Origin: a bacterium
GTDB lineage: Bacteria > Bacillota > DTU030 > DUMP01
Assembly: GCA_050945275.1 (NCBI GenBank)
Contig: JBMNSQ010000001.1
Location: 1-45,637 of the forward strand
Direction of reading: 5' to 3'
Length of the DNA stretch: 45,637 bases
Made by a program: the position numbers and the translations under genes. The notes beneath the pieces were generated by a model. The model had not been told where the DNA came from. It ran no database searches and saw nothing but the letters and a program-made list of their open reading frames with translations. Below are positions 17,770 through 25,885 of this stretch, one piece after another (within the stretch, counting starts at the first letter, position 1; each line of letters opens with the position of its first letter).

Positions 17770-19542
17770 TTAATGAAGCACCAATACACCTTCGTCGTCA
17801 ATGCGAGCAACTATCCCTTGGTCGGTGTCAATAAACTTGTGGCTAGCCCCTCCCACTTGTATAGTAACATTAGGATAAACTTTTTCTAGTACAATTGTCC
17901 CGCCAGAATCCACTTTAAGCCGGGTGGGACTACCTCCGCTAGAGCCGGCCTCATTCACCGATATGCGCTTTTGGGCCTGAACAATACCCCCACGCACTAT
18001 TCCTGGCCGCCCATTTACTCGGACCGAACAGCCTGCATATAAATACGATTGATAGCAACCCTTACCGTGAATAACAATATCTCCACTAGCTTCCAGCCGG
18101 GCTCCCTGGACATAACTAGCCTGAATAGATAATCCTCCTTCAGTCAAATCGGCCAAATTGTTAACTATCCGTCGTACCTGCTGAACTAAGCCCCATACCT
18201 GACCAACATTAGCTACCTGTAAGACTCCCGGGCGGTTCAAACTCTTTTTAAGCAATGCCAGCGCTTCATCGATATCAGCGGTAACAATACCAGACACTTC
18301 CCGATAAGCCGCTGCTAAGTCTCGCAACCTAGCCGATAAATAGAAAAACTTAGTGTCTAAAAGCTTGGACAACACTCGCCCCCACCCCTGCTTAGCTGCG
18401 GCCTGCCCTAGCTCCGGATGTCCCTCAATTTGCGTAAGCGCAGCTGCACAGTCCTCTAATCCATTTGCCAACTCTTCCCACCAGTTGCGACAACGCATAT
18501 GCACCACACCAAGGCCTCCAGCTAACGTCGCCCCGCCAATAATATTTTGGTGCACTACAATCTGACCGCCAGCTGCTAAATTAGCATGAGTACAGCTACC
18601 TATCACCTCGATATTGCCGCCAACAGAAACCGACATGGTCTCATCCACGTTGCCTCGTATTAGTACATCACCACTAAACTTAATATTACCACTAGCTAAA
18701 TTCACCCCGTGCTTAGCAACCAGCAGCGGGCATACTTCTACCCTGCCGCGAACAAAAACTGGACGGCCGCTACGAGTGGCTATCGCCTTGAGTCCCCCGT
18801 CAACAATATCCGCCCCTTCTCCAGCTTTTAGCTCTACATCTATCGGTACACGAGGACTTATTGGTACTCCGGTAACCGAAAGACCAGGCTGGCCCAGCAC
18901 AGGCTGGTGTTTGATCGCTAGCACATCTCCTGCCACCACAGTAGGGATATGTCTATGCTCGCGCCAATCCACCTTTAACTGTTCACTGCTAGGCAGCTTC
19001 TTATCTAGCTGGTCCTCGAATTGAAGTTCAATCCTCGCATCTTGTCCAGCAATAGGTTCCTTGCCTCGGGCTACAACTACAGGCCTTCCGGTTTTTTGTG
19101 CTATCATAGACGTTATCGCTGATTTATCAATACCAATAAAAACGCCCTTTTCTTGTAGGGCCTGCTCAATTATCTCCGGTTTCACTGAGGGCATTTTTTT
19201 CTCCAACTTGGTTCTGAGCACCAAGTACCTCTGAGGTCTGCTGTCCGCTAAATGAAATATCGTCTCCGGAACCACATCAAGCATAGCTTTGGCTTCCAAG
19301 CCATCAGCAGAAATCTCCACTCGAACCGTAACCTGTCCCGGTTCAGACATAAGTTGCACCTGAATGTTTTGCTGGCTGGTTACCTCCGTTGGTTTAGTTA
19401 CCTCTATACCATCAATATATAACTTTAGGCCTGGTCCCGGTTCTAGGATCGCTGGCTGGCCTTTTTCGACAGGATCAGTTACTACCACCCGACCCTGAAA
19501 CACACTGGCACTACCGTCACGAAAAACTTTTTCACTGGGCAA
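17770..19542 (-). CDS. FapA/DUF342-family protein (flagellar-assembly-protein-A-like beta-helix protein)
   Basis: 590 aa with repetitive G-x-V/I beta-helix-like segments (GNIKFSGDVLIRGNV..., SGDIVIHGKG...) and a central helical linker, typical of DUF342. TTG start. Confidence 0.7.
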   Translation of the reverse strand: MPSEKVFRDGSASVFQGRVVVTDPVEKGQPAILEPGPGLKLYIDGIEVTKPTEVTSQQNIQVQLMSEPGQVTVRVEISADGLEAKAMLDVVPETIFHLADSRPQRYLVLRTKLEKKMPSVKPEIIEQALQEKGVFIGIDKSAITSMIAQKTGRPVVVARGKEPIAGQDARIELQFEDQLDKKLPSSEQLKVDWREHRHIPTVVAGDVLAIKHQPVLGQPGLSVTGVPISPRVPIDVELKAGEGADIVDGGLKAIATRSGRPVFVRGRVEVCPLLVAKHGVNLASGNIKFSGDVLIRGNVDETMSVSVGGNIEVIGSCTHANLAAGGQIVVHQNIIGGATLAGGLGVVHMRCRNWWEELANGLEDCAAALTQIEGHPELGQAAAKQGWGRVLSKLLDTKFFYLSARLRDLAAAYREVSGIVTADIDEALALLKKSLNRPGVLQVANVGQVWGLVQQVRRIVNNLADLTEGGLSIQASYVQGARLEASGDIVIHGKGCYQSYLYAGCSVRVNGRPGIVRGGIVQAQKRISVNEAGSSGGSPTRLKVDSGGTIVLEKVYPNVTIQVGGASHKFIDTDQGIVARIDDEGVLVLH

Positions 19543-19592
19543 TGCCTCTCCCCCTTGCTTTGAGCATGCTGTACAACCACCGCTCGGTTCTT

Positions 19593-20246
19593 TTACCCCT
19601 TCAATTGCTCATATCGTTTTTTTATAGCTTTAAAATCCTCCCATACTGGCCGCTTTTTACGAGGATCCCTAAGCAGTGCCGCTGGATGAAAAGTAGGCAT
19701 AATCTCCAATCCATCTTTAATAATCCACTGACCGCGATCCCGTGTAACACGAAACCCCGGATCAATTAAAGTTTGGGCCGCTAAAGCACCCAAACAAACG
19801 ACAATTTTAGGCCTAATAATACGAAGCTGAGCCTTGATATATGGTAGACAGGTTCTTACTTCATCAGGTAAAGGTAGACGATTTTTTGGCGGTCGACATT
19901 TAACTATGTTACTTATAAACACTTCTGACCGATTAAGATCAACAGATTCAAGAATGGCATCCAAAAGCTGGCCTGCTCGGCCCAAAAAGGGTCGTCCTAC
20001 TTCATCTTCGGCCTGGCCAGGGCCTTCACCGATGAGCACGATATCCGCCTTATGATAACCTTCTCCAAACACTACCTGCTTACATCCATCGCGAAGCCTA
20101 CAACGACGACAAACCAAAATAACCTGCGCTAACTCGTCTAATGTTTGAGCCTGATCCCACAGTGGGCGCAGCACAGGCTTGGTATCCCCAAGAAAGCTCA
20201 ATTGTTGCCGGCTTTCCACCGTGACTCCCCCTCCGCCCTCCGGCAT
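19593..20246 (-). CDS. Family-4 (Fe-S) uracil-DNA glycosylase
   Basis: CRRCRL...C cluster cysteines, motif A LIGEGPGQAEDEVGRPFLGRAGQLL and the C-terminal HPAALLR motif. A GTG at 20219 with a GGAGGGGGAG SD is a likely alternative start. Confidence 0.85.
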   Translation of the reverse strand: MPEGGGGVTVESRQQLSFLGDTKPVLRPLWDQAQTLDELAQVILVCRRCRLRDGCKQVVFGEGYHKADIVLIGEGPGQAEDEVGRPFLGRAGQLLDAILESVDLNRSEVFISNIVKCRPPKNRLPLPDEVRTCLPYIKAQLRIIRPKIVVCLGALAAQTLIDPGFRVTRDRGQWIIKDGLEIMPTFHPAALLRDPRKKRPVWEDFKAIKKRYEQLKG

Positions 20247-20271
20247 TATAATAAACTACTATTAGCTACCA

Positions 20272-20928
20272 CTATTCCATTAGGTCGTTGAATAAAAAAG
20301 CGGTAGGAAAAGCGGCGTCAAAGAAGGAACGAGCGCCTTCTGTGAATGAATAGGCTAATTCACGGTCCTTAGGCAAGATTTCAGTAAATGCTTGTACAAC
20401 TGCTGGATCGAATTGGGTACCGGATAATAAAACAAGTTCCTGAACCGCCGCTGAGACACTGCGGGACTTACGGTATGGTCTATTGGAGGTCATAGCATCA
20501 AAAGCATCGGCGACTGCAATAATTCGAGCACCTAAAAGCGTCTCTTCACCTAACAAACCGTCAGGGTAACCTTGCCCATCATAACGTTCATGATGGCTGC
20601 GTACCAAAGACGCCACATGATCCAATCCTAGAGTTTTTTGCACAACCCTTTGCCCAACTTCAGAATGAAACTTTACTTTTTCATATTCTGTAGTCGTAAG
20701 ACATGTCGTCTTGTTTAAAATAGAACCGGCCACTGTAACCTTGCCTACATCGTGCAGTAATGCCGCTTGCTCAATAATATCCACTTCTGTTGATGATAAT
20801 TTGATACACCGGGCAGTGGCAACAGCATAACCGGCCACGCGAAAACAGTGGGCGTACACTTCAGGGTCTCCTATTGCCATTAAGGCCGCAATAGTGGATG
20901 CTGCTTGTATATTATTGTGAGCAGACAC
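20272..20928 (-). CDS. HD-GYP domain c-di-GMP phosphodiesterase (stand-alone)
   Basis: ALLHDVGK and HHERYDGQGYPDGL motifs. I moved the start to the GTG at 20928 (AGGAGG SD 7 nt upstream), because the predicted promoter leaves the track ATG at 20955 essentially leaderless. Confidence 0.85.
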   Translation of the reverse strand: MSAHNNIQAASTIAALMAIGDPEVYAHCFRVAGYAVATARCIKLSSTEVDIIEQAALLHDVGKVTVAGSILNKTTCLTTTEYEKVKFHSEVGQRVVQKTLGLDHVASLVRSHHERYDGQGYPDGLLGEETLLGARIIAVADAFDAMTSNRPYRKSRSVSAAVQELVLLSGTQFDPAVVQAFTEILPKDRELAYSFTEGARSFFDAAFPTAFLFNDLME

Positions 20929-20963
20929 AATGCTGCCTCCTGATACTACCTTCATATGTATGT

Positions 20964-20992
20964 ATATTCGACATTAAGCCTCCACTTCCTTT
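20964..20992 (-). promoter_or_regulatory. Sigma-H-type promoter of the HD-GYP/UDG/FapA operon
   Basis: The minus strand reads AAAGGAAGT-N11-GTCGAATAT. The -10 also embeds a perfect Spo0A-box heptamer, TGTCGAA. Confidence 0.45.
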
Positions 20993-21111
20993 CATAGAAG
21001 CCGAAATTATCTCGCCCACAGACAAGATCCTACAATTGGTACAATAATCCTATTATATTATCAATGGCCAGCTGCAAAATGTCTATCGGACAACAGTCTT
21101 AAGTTTTTTTG

Positions 21112-21143
21112 TAACAAAAGGCCCTAACCTGTCAGGTTAGGGG
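21112..21143 (-). terminator. Rho-independent terminator after the 150-aa gene
   Basis: Stem GCCCTAACC/GGTTAGGG(G) with loop TGTCA, followed on the minus strand by CTTTTGTTAC. Confidence 0.65.
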
Positions 21144-21171
21144 TCCTAAAGGTCCTGGATACACCAGATAT

Positions 21172-21624
21172 TTATTCATATAGCATCCGTTCCATGGCAT
21201 AGCCAGCCTTGGGCACAACTTGTTTAGATAGGTCTAACAGGCATATTACGTCACCGCGGCACAAATCCAAGCCCTCTTCATAAGCCCGAGCCGCCGGAAC
21301 CGATTTGGCAGTAAGACGCGGCTCCTCCCGACAAAGACGTTCTAAAATTGCCGGTGTTTGATCGTCAGAGCCACTACTTATGGCAACTATTTCTAAATTG
21401 GGAGAACCATGTTCATCCACATAATCCAAACCTATGAGCCAACGCACTATGCCTTCGATACACACCTCGTGATTACGAGCAACAACGAGAATACTAATAA
21501 AAGGTTTCTTTGGTTTCTGTCTCCTATAGAACTTGCGCCAGAGGGTAAGAGCTAATACCCAAAGACCATAGAGAGCCAGAAACAAAAACAATGCTTTTGT
21601 AATAGGGTGCTGCGCCCACAGCAT
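21172..21624 (-). CDS. Hypothetical membrane-anchored protein with a degenerate GT2 (glycosyltransferase-A)-like N-terminal half-domain
   Basis: Strong SD (GAGAGGAAGGTGA). One TM helix, then ISILVVARNHEVCIEGIVRWL...LEIVAISSGSDDQT...GDVICLLDLS. This mirrors the GT2 beta1-alpha1-beta2 and DxD region, but the protein is only 150 aa and the DxD is replaced by LDL. Confidence 0.45.
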   Translation of the reverse strand: MLWAQHPITKALFLFLALYGLWVLALTLWRKFYRRQKPKKPFISILVVARNHEVCIEGIVRWLIGLDYVDEHGSPNLEIVAISSGSDDQTPAILERLCREEPRLTAKSVPAARAYEEGLDLCRGDVICLLDLSKQVVPKAGYAMERMLYE

Positions 21625-21709
21625 ATATTCACCTTCCTCTCTTGGCAGAATATGCTGCGGGCCGAATTCCGGTGCATGTTTATGTTATCGCAAGGATGGT
21701 GGGCTTGTC

Positions 21710-22363
21710 TTAGTTTAGTTCCACTAGCCCTTTACGGATAGCGTACAGGGCAGCTTCCGTGCGATCGCCCACTCCAATCTTGCGAAATATACTAGTTACG
21801 TGGTTTTTTACTGTTTTCTCACTAATAGATAAGGCCGCACCAATCTGCTTATTGCTATAGCCATGGGCTAAAGAACAGAGCACTTCTTCTTCGCGTGCAG
21901 TTAAGCCGTCTGTCTTATCGTCCTCACGCCCATTCGCCAAACGGGTAAATTCGCCTAGCAGCTTCTTGGCTGCCGGTGGGGACATATAAGAATTACCTTC
22001 AGCAACTGCACGAATAGCTCCTACAAGCCCCCCCGCCTCAACATCTTTGAGTACATAACCGGCTGCTCCTGCCCTCACCATTTCCAGTAAATGATCCCGA
22101 TCGTCATGAATAGTAAGTGCTACCACCCCCACTTGGGGGAACTTCTCTTTAATCTCAATTGTAGCATCTATTCCACTTTTATCCGGTAAATCTAAATCCA
22201 TTAGAACAACATCCGGCTTAGCCATAGCCACTCGTTCCAAAGCTGTTGCCGCCGTTCCCGCTTCACCTACTATTTCAATATCGTCCTCCAATTCCACAAC
22301 TTTTTTGATGCCGCTTCTCACCACCGGATGGTCGTCCACCACCAACACACGGATCTTGTCCAC
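21710..22363 (-). CDS. degU: NarL/LuxR-family response regulator, DegU-like
   Basis: Receiver domain IRVLVVDDHPVVR...DVVLMDLDLPD and a LuxR HTH LTAREEEVLCSLAHGYSNKQIGAALSISEKTVKNHV. I chose the GTG at 22363 with a GGGGAGGGG SD. It lies downstream of degS. Confidence 0.85.
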   Translation of the reverse strand: MDKIRVLVVDDHPVVRSGIKKVVELEDDIEIVGEAGTAATALERVAMAKPDVVLMDLDLPDKSGIDATIEIKEKFPQVGVVALTIHDDRDHLLEMVRAGAAGYVLKDVEAGGLVGAIRAVAEGNSYMSPPAAKKLLGEFTRLANGREDDKTDGLTAREEEVLCSLAHGYSNKQIGAALSISEKTVKNHVTSIFRKIGVGDRTEAALYAIRKGLVELN

Positions 22364-22397
22364 TATCGCCCCTCCCCAGTACTGTTTGTTGTTATAC

Positions 22398-23591
22398 CTA
22401 AGTTCCACCTAACTCAAGCTCGCTTGTATTACCTACCTCCTCTTCTCTTTTCTCAACCAGACGCAACAATACACGAGTACCTGAGCCAGGTTTGCTGTCA
22501 ATTTTAAGGTTAGCCCCTATTAGCTCTGCCCGTTCCCGCATCCCTATTAACCCCAAATGCTGTCCGTTAACACCCCAAGTCCCCTCCGGTGATAGATTAA
22601 AACCACATCCATTGTCTATGACTTGTACTGCCAATAAATTGGGCGCAAATTCGATTCGCACCTTGATTTGAGTAGCATGGGCATGCTTTATAATATTATT
22701 TAGGGCCTCCTGGATTATCCGAAAAATACAGGTAGAAGTCGTCTTGTTAATCTTTCGTTCGTGGCCATGTACTGATAATGACATGTGGATACCAGTCCGC
22801 TCTTGAAGTTGTGTGATTAACCCCCCTACCACCGTCTTCAGCCCCATATTATCCAAAGACAAAGGCCTTAAATTAAAGATGACCTCTCTAGCTTCCTTGA
22901 GCCCATCTCTGATTATCAACTCTACATTACTTAGCTCCTGTTTGGCTCGCTTAGAATCGTTATCCAGCAACTTTTGTGACACTTCCAGTCCGAGAAGAGC
23001 GGCTGCTAACTGTTGAGCTAATCCATCGTGTAAATCCCGGGCTACCCGACGCCGCTCTTCTTCCTGTGCTTGAATAATACGGATGGCAATCTCTCGTTTC
23101 TCTTTCAGTGTTCCAACAGCAAGTGAGAGTTGATTTAGGTTACCACTCAAATAATCTAAAGCTACACTAACTTGAGTTGATAAAGTCTCAGCTCGAGATA
23201 AAAGCCGCGACGCATTCCTTAAGCCCCGCTCCAGTTCATCGCGCTTGCTTCGAAGATCCTTCTCTCTCTCCGTAAGAATAATAAGTCGTACCTGGATATC
23301 ACGAGCACTCTCATACGCCCGTTGAATCTCCTCTTCGTTATAACGTTTAAAATCCCGGCTCACTCGCATAAGATTCATTCGAGCCTGTTGTTCCTTTTGA
23401 CGAGCAGCATCTACTTGTTCAATTACAGCTAATGCCTCTGCCCTCACTTTGGCAAGATCACGAGTAATTCTACTAACCTCACACCGAGCATCGTCGGCAA
23501 TGGAACTTATTTGTTGTTGGCTATCTTCGATCGCCGTAATAGCTTGCCGTATTATGTCATCCAGGCGGTTTAGATCAGCCTGAACCTCCAC
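22398..23591 (-). CDS. degS: Cytoplasmic sensor histidine kinase DegS
   Basis: It aligns along its length with B. subtilis DegS as I remember it: N-terminal coiled-coil DegS sensor domain, RIIQAQEEERRRVARDLHDGLAQ (HisKA_3 H-box), LRPLSLDNMGL and GLIGMRERAELIGANL. There is no TM segment. Start is the GTG at 23591 or 23600. Confidence 0.85.
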   Translation of the reverse strand: MEVQADLNRLDDIIRQAITAIEDSQQQISSIADDARCEVSRITRDLAKVRAEALAVIEQVDAARQKEQQARMNLMRVSRDFKRYNEEEIQRAYESARDIQVRLIILTEREKDLRSKRDELERGLRNASRLLSRAETLSTQVSVALDYLSGNLNQLSLAVGTLKEKREIAIRIIQAQEEERRRVARDLHDGLAQQLAAALLGLEVSQKLLDNDSKRAKQELSNVELIIRDGLKEAREVIFNLRPLSLDNMGLKTVVGGLITQLQERTGIHMSLSVHGHERKINKTTSTCIFRIIQEALNNIIKHAHATQIKVRIEFAPNLLAVQVIDNGCGFNLSPEGTWGVNGQHLGLIGMRERAELIGANLKIDSKPGSGTRVLLRLVEKREEEVGNTSELELGGT

Positions 23592-23610
23592 TGACCTCAC
23601 CTCGGTAACA

Positions 23611-23640
23611 ATATTCGACTTCCAACTCTTACCTTCCTGC
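23611..23640 (-). promoter_or_regulatory. Sigma-H-type promoter of degS-degU
   Basis: The minus strand reads GCAGGAAGG-N12-GTCGAATAT. The -35 is weaker, but the extended -10 is the same 9-mer as at 17685 and 20964. Confidence 0.4.
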
Positions 23641-23738
23641 TAATTTGTTGCTAAAAGACGAACAAAATAGCGCTTTTTGTAGTATTTATGCCCAAATAGT
23701 ATGGAATAAAAATGACTGGCCAGTAACCTATCGTAGAG

Positions 23739-23766
23739 CAAAAAACAAGCCGGGGAAGTCCCCAGC
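23739..23766 (-). terminator. Rho-independent terminator after metK
   Basis: GC-rich stem around GGGG-AAGT-CCCC, followed on the minus strand by CTTGTTTTTTGC. Confidence 0.6.
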
Positions 23767-23789
23767 TAATGTACTCAACGCTCATCATC

Positions 23790-24983
23790 TTAGCTCAATC
23801 TGGTTGCTGCCGCTTTAAGTATCTTGGCTTTATCCGTCCGCTCCCAAGTAAGGTCTAAATCGGGGCGGCCAAAATGACCATAGGCCGCAAGGGGCTTAAA
23901 GATAGGTCTTCGTAAATCCAACGTAGAAATAATGCCAGCTGGTCTAAGCTCAAAGTGTTCCTTAATCAATTGGCCGATAGCGTCATCGGATACAACTCCG
24001 GTACCAAACGTATCCACCATAACCGACACGGGACGCGCCACGCCAATAGCATAAGCTACCTGAACCTCACAGCGCTTAGCTAAGCCAGCAGCTACAATAT
24101 TCTTGGCTACATAACGAGCAGCGTAACTGGCCGACCGGTCCACCTTGGTCGGGTCCTTGCCCGAAAAAGCCCCGCCTCCATGGCGGGCACTACCACCATA
24201 CGTATCGACAATAATCTTGCGGCCAGTGAGGCCCGAGTCGGCAGCCGGACCACCTTGTACGAACCGGCCGGTAGGATTAACGTAAAAACGTGTACTGGTA
24301 TCTATAAACTCGGTAGGAACAACGGGCCTGATCACCGTCTCAATAACATCAGCCCTAATCTTTTTCAAAGGTACATCCGGGCAGTGCTGACCGGAAATTA
24401 CTACCGTATCTACTCTCAGCGGGCGATCACCCTCATACTCTACCGTGACTTGGCTCTTACCATCGGGGCGTAAGTATGGTAGCAGTTTGGTCTTTCGTAC
24501 CTCTGCCAGCCGCCTAGACAGCTGATGGGCTAAAGAAATGGGAAGCGGCATTAGCTCCGGTGTTTCCTGGCAAGCATAGCCAAAAACCATGCCCTGATCT
24601 CCAGCACCAATCAGATCTAAAGGATCAGCTTGTCCTTCCTTAGCTTCCAAACCCTTGTCCACACCTAGCGCAATATCCGGCGATTGCTCGTCAATAGCTG
24701 TGAGCACGGCACAAGTGTCACCGTCGAAGCCAAACTTAGCCCTGGTGTAACCAATATCCTTCACTGTTTGACGAACCAGACGGGGAATTTCTACATAACA
24801 GCGGCAAGAAATCTCTCCTGTTACTAAAACCAGCCCCGTGGTAACAGCTGTCTCACAGGCCACGCGAGCAAAAGGATCCTGGGCTAAGATAGCATCAAGA
24901 ATGGCGTCAGAAATTTGATCTGCCACTTTATCTGGATGCCCCTCAGTCACAGACTCAGAGGTAAAGAAAAAACGTTTCGACAC
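23790..24983 (-). CDS. metK: S-adenosylmethionine synthase
   Basis: [37 protein letters not shown] and [17 protein letters not shown] signatures. I chose the GTG at 24983 (AAAGGAGGA SD); the track extension would run through the riboswitch terminator. Confidence 0.97.
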   Translation of the reverse strand: MSKRFFFTSESVTEGHPDKVADQISDAILDAILAQDPFARVACETAVTTGLVLVTGEISCRCYVEIPRLVRQTVKDIGYTRAKFGFDGDTCAVLTAIDEQSPDIALGVDKGLEAKEGQADPLDLIGAGDQGMVFGYACQETPELMPLPISLAHQLSRRLAEVRKTKLLPYLRPDGKSQVTVEYEGDRPLRVDTVVISGQHCPDVPLKKIRADVIETVIRPVVPTEFIDTSTRFYVNPTGRFVQGGPAADSGLTGRKIIVDTYGGSARHGGGAFSGKDPTKVDRSASYAARYVAKNIVAAGLAKRCEVQVAYAIGVARPVSVMVDTFGTGVVSDDAIGQLIKEHFELRPAGIISTLDLRRPIFKPLAAYGHFGRPDLDLTWERTDKAKILKAAATRLS

Positions 24984-24999
24984 AAAGCATCCTCCTTTC

Positions 25000-25147
25000 A
25001 ACAAAAAAGGCCGCTTCAATTTGGAAGTGGCCTTTTCACTCCTATCTTCCAGAATTGACATTCTGCAGGATTTAGCACATCACCAGATTAGCTCTGGCAT
25101 GCTGCCGGGTTTCATCGGGCCAGTCCCTCCACCACTCTGGATAAGAG
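25000..25147 (-). promoter_or_regulatory. SAM-I (S-box) riboswitch with an intrinsic terminator, metK leader
   Basis: The minus strand reads CTCTTATCCAGAGTGGTGGAGGGACTGGCCCGATGAAACCCGGCAGC...GTGCTAAATCCTGCAGAA...TTCTGGAAGATAGGAG, then the terminator AAAAGGCCACTTC...GAAGCGGCCTTTTTTGTT. It matches the S-box consensus almost base for base. Confidence 0.92.
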
Positions 25148-25311
25148 CCCCTATTTTGTTGTTATCACAATGCCTTTTCTGATAGTAGCACACCCCTCTT
25201 GGAGCTGTCAAGGAATTTTGGTTGCCCGCGCTTTGGTCTAATCGCTCCTTCTTGCTGCTGTATAGTCTTTGTGGTAGACTGAGGCCGAACAATTTTAAGG
25301 AGGTTTCTTCG

Positions 25312-25770
25312 GTGCAAGAACCAGCGCAAAAAATAGTCCGCATAGGCCTCATTGCCGCCTTGTATGTGGTGGTAACCTATGCTTTTCAGGGTCTTAGCTT
25401 TTTGCCAACTCAGTTTCGCTTGGCCGAAGCCTTCTCCCTGCTCCCTATGCTATTTCCGGAAGCAGTTTGGGGAGTAGGGATCGGTTGTCTTATTGCTAAC
25501 TTATTAAGTCCGGCCGGACTAATTGACGTTGTGCTGGGAAGTCTTACTTCTGGGGTGGCTGCATACATAACCTACCGTTTCCGCTGGCACATTATCGGCT
25601 ACCTTGCCCCTATTATCCTAAACGCCATTGTTATAAGCACTTATCTACGTTTATTGGCCAATCTGCCTTATTGGGTAACAGCACTAAGCATTGCCTTTAG
25701 CCAAGCCGTGGTAGTACTTGGACTTGGGTTACCTTTACTGTGGTACCTTAGGCGCTGGCAACAACAGTAA
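25312..25770 (+). CDS. queT: QueT-family queuosine-precursor transporter (ECF-type S component)
   Basis: IAALYVVVTYAF, TQFRLAEAF, GIGCLIANLLSPAGLIDVVLGS match the QueT motifs AALYVVLT, QFRISE, GC.IAN and G.IDV. GTG start at 25312 with an AAGGAGG SD. Confidence 0.8.
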   Translation: MQEPAQKIVRIGLIAALYVVVTYAFQGLSFLPTQFRLAEAFSLLPMLFPEAVWGVGIGCLIANLLSPAGLIDVVLGSLTSGVAAYITYRFRWHIIGYLAPIILNAIVISTYLRLLANLPYWVTALSIAFSQAVVVLGLGLPLLWYLRRWQQQ

Positions 25771-25885
25771 CATCGCTGGTTATGCCCACAGCCACAGGTC
25801 CTTGCAACTGATATTGTTTCCTTAAGAAATGGAGCCAGGTCATATGTAGCAGCATATGCTAACAAAAAGAGAGGAGCGTGTGCTG

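Noticed and set aside
20953-20976. Short upstream ORF (ATGTCGAATATACATACATATGAAGG..., MSNIHTYEGSIRRQHCVCSQ) overlapping the HD-GYP start
   Set aside because: Its ATG lies inside the predicted -10 element, so it would be upstream of the transcription start. It is also out of frame with the main ORF.
21083-21109. Sigma-D-like -10 (TCCGATAG) in the long gap upstream of the HD-GYP gene
   Set aside because: The required TAAA -35 is replaced by an A-run that is simply the U-tail of the preceding terminator (21112-21143). It is a single hexamer-level match, and the sigma-H element closer to the gene explains expression better.
25080-25352. 90-aa minus-strand ORF upstream of metK
   Set aside because: It overlaps the SAM-I riboswitch aptamer and the queT start region. 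The sequence is explained by the RNA element and promoters, not by coding.
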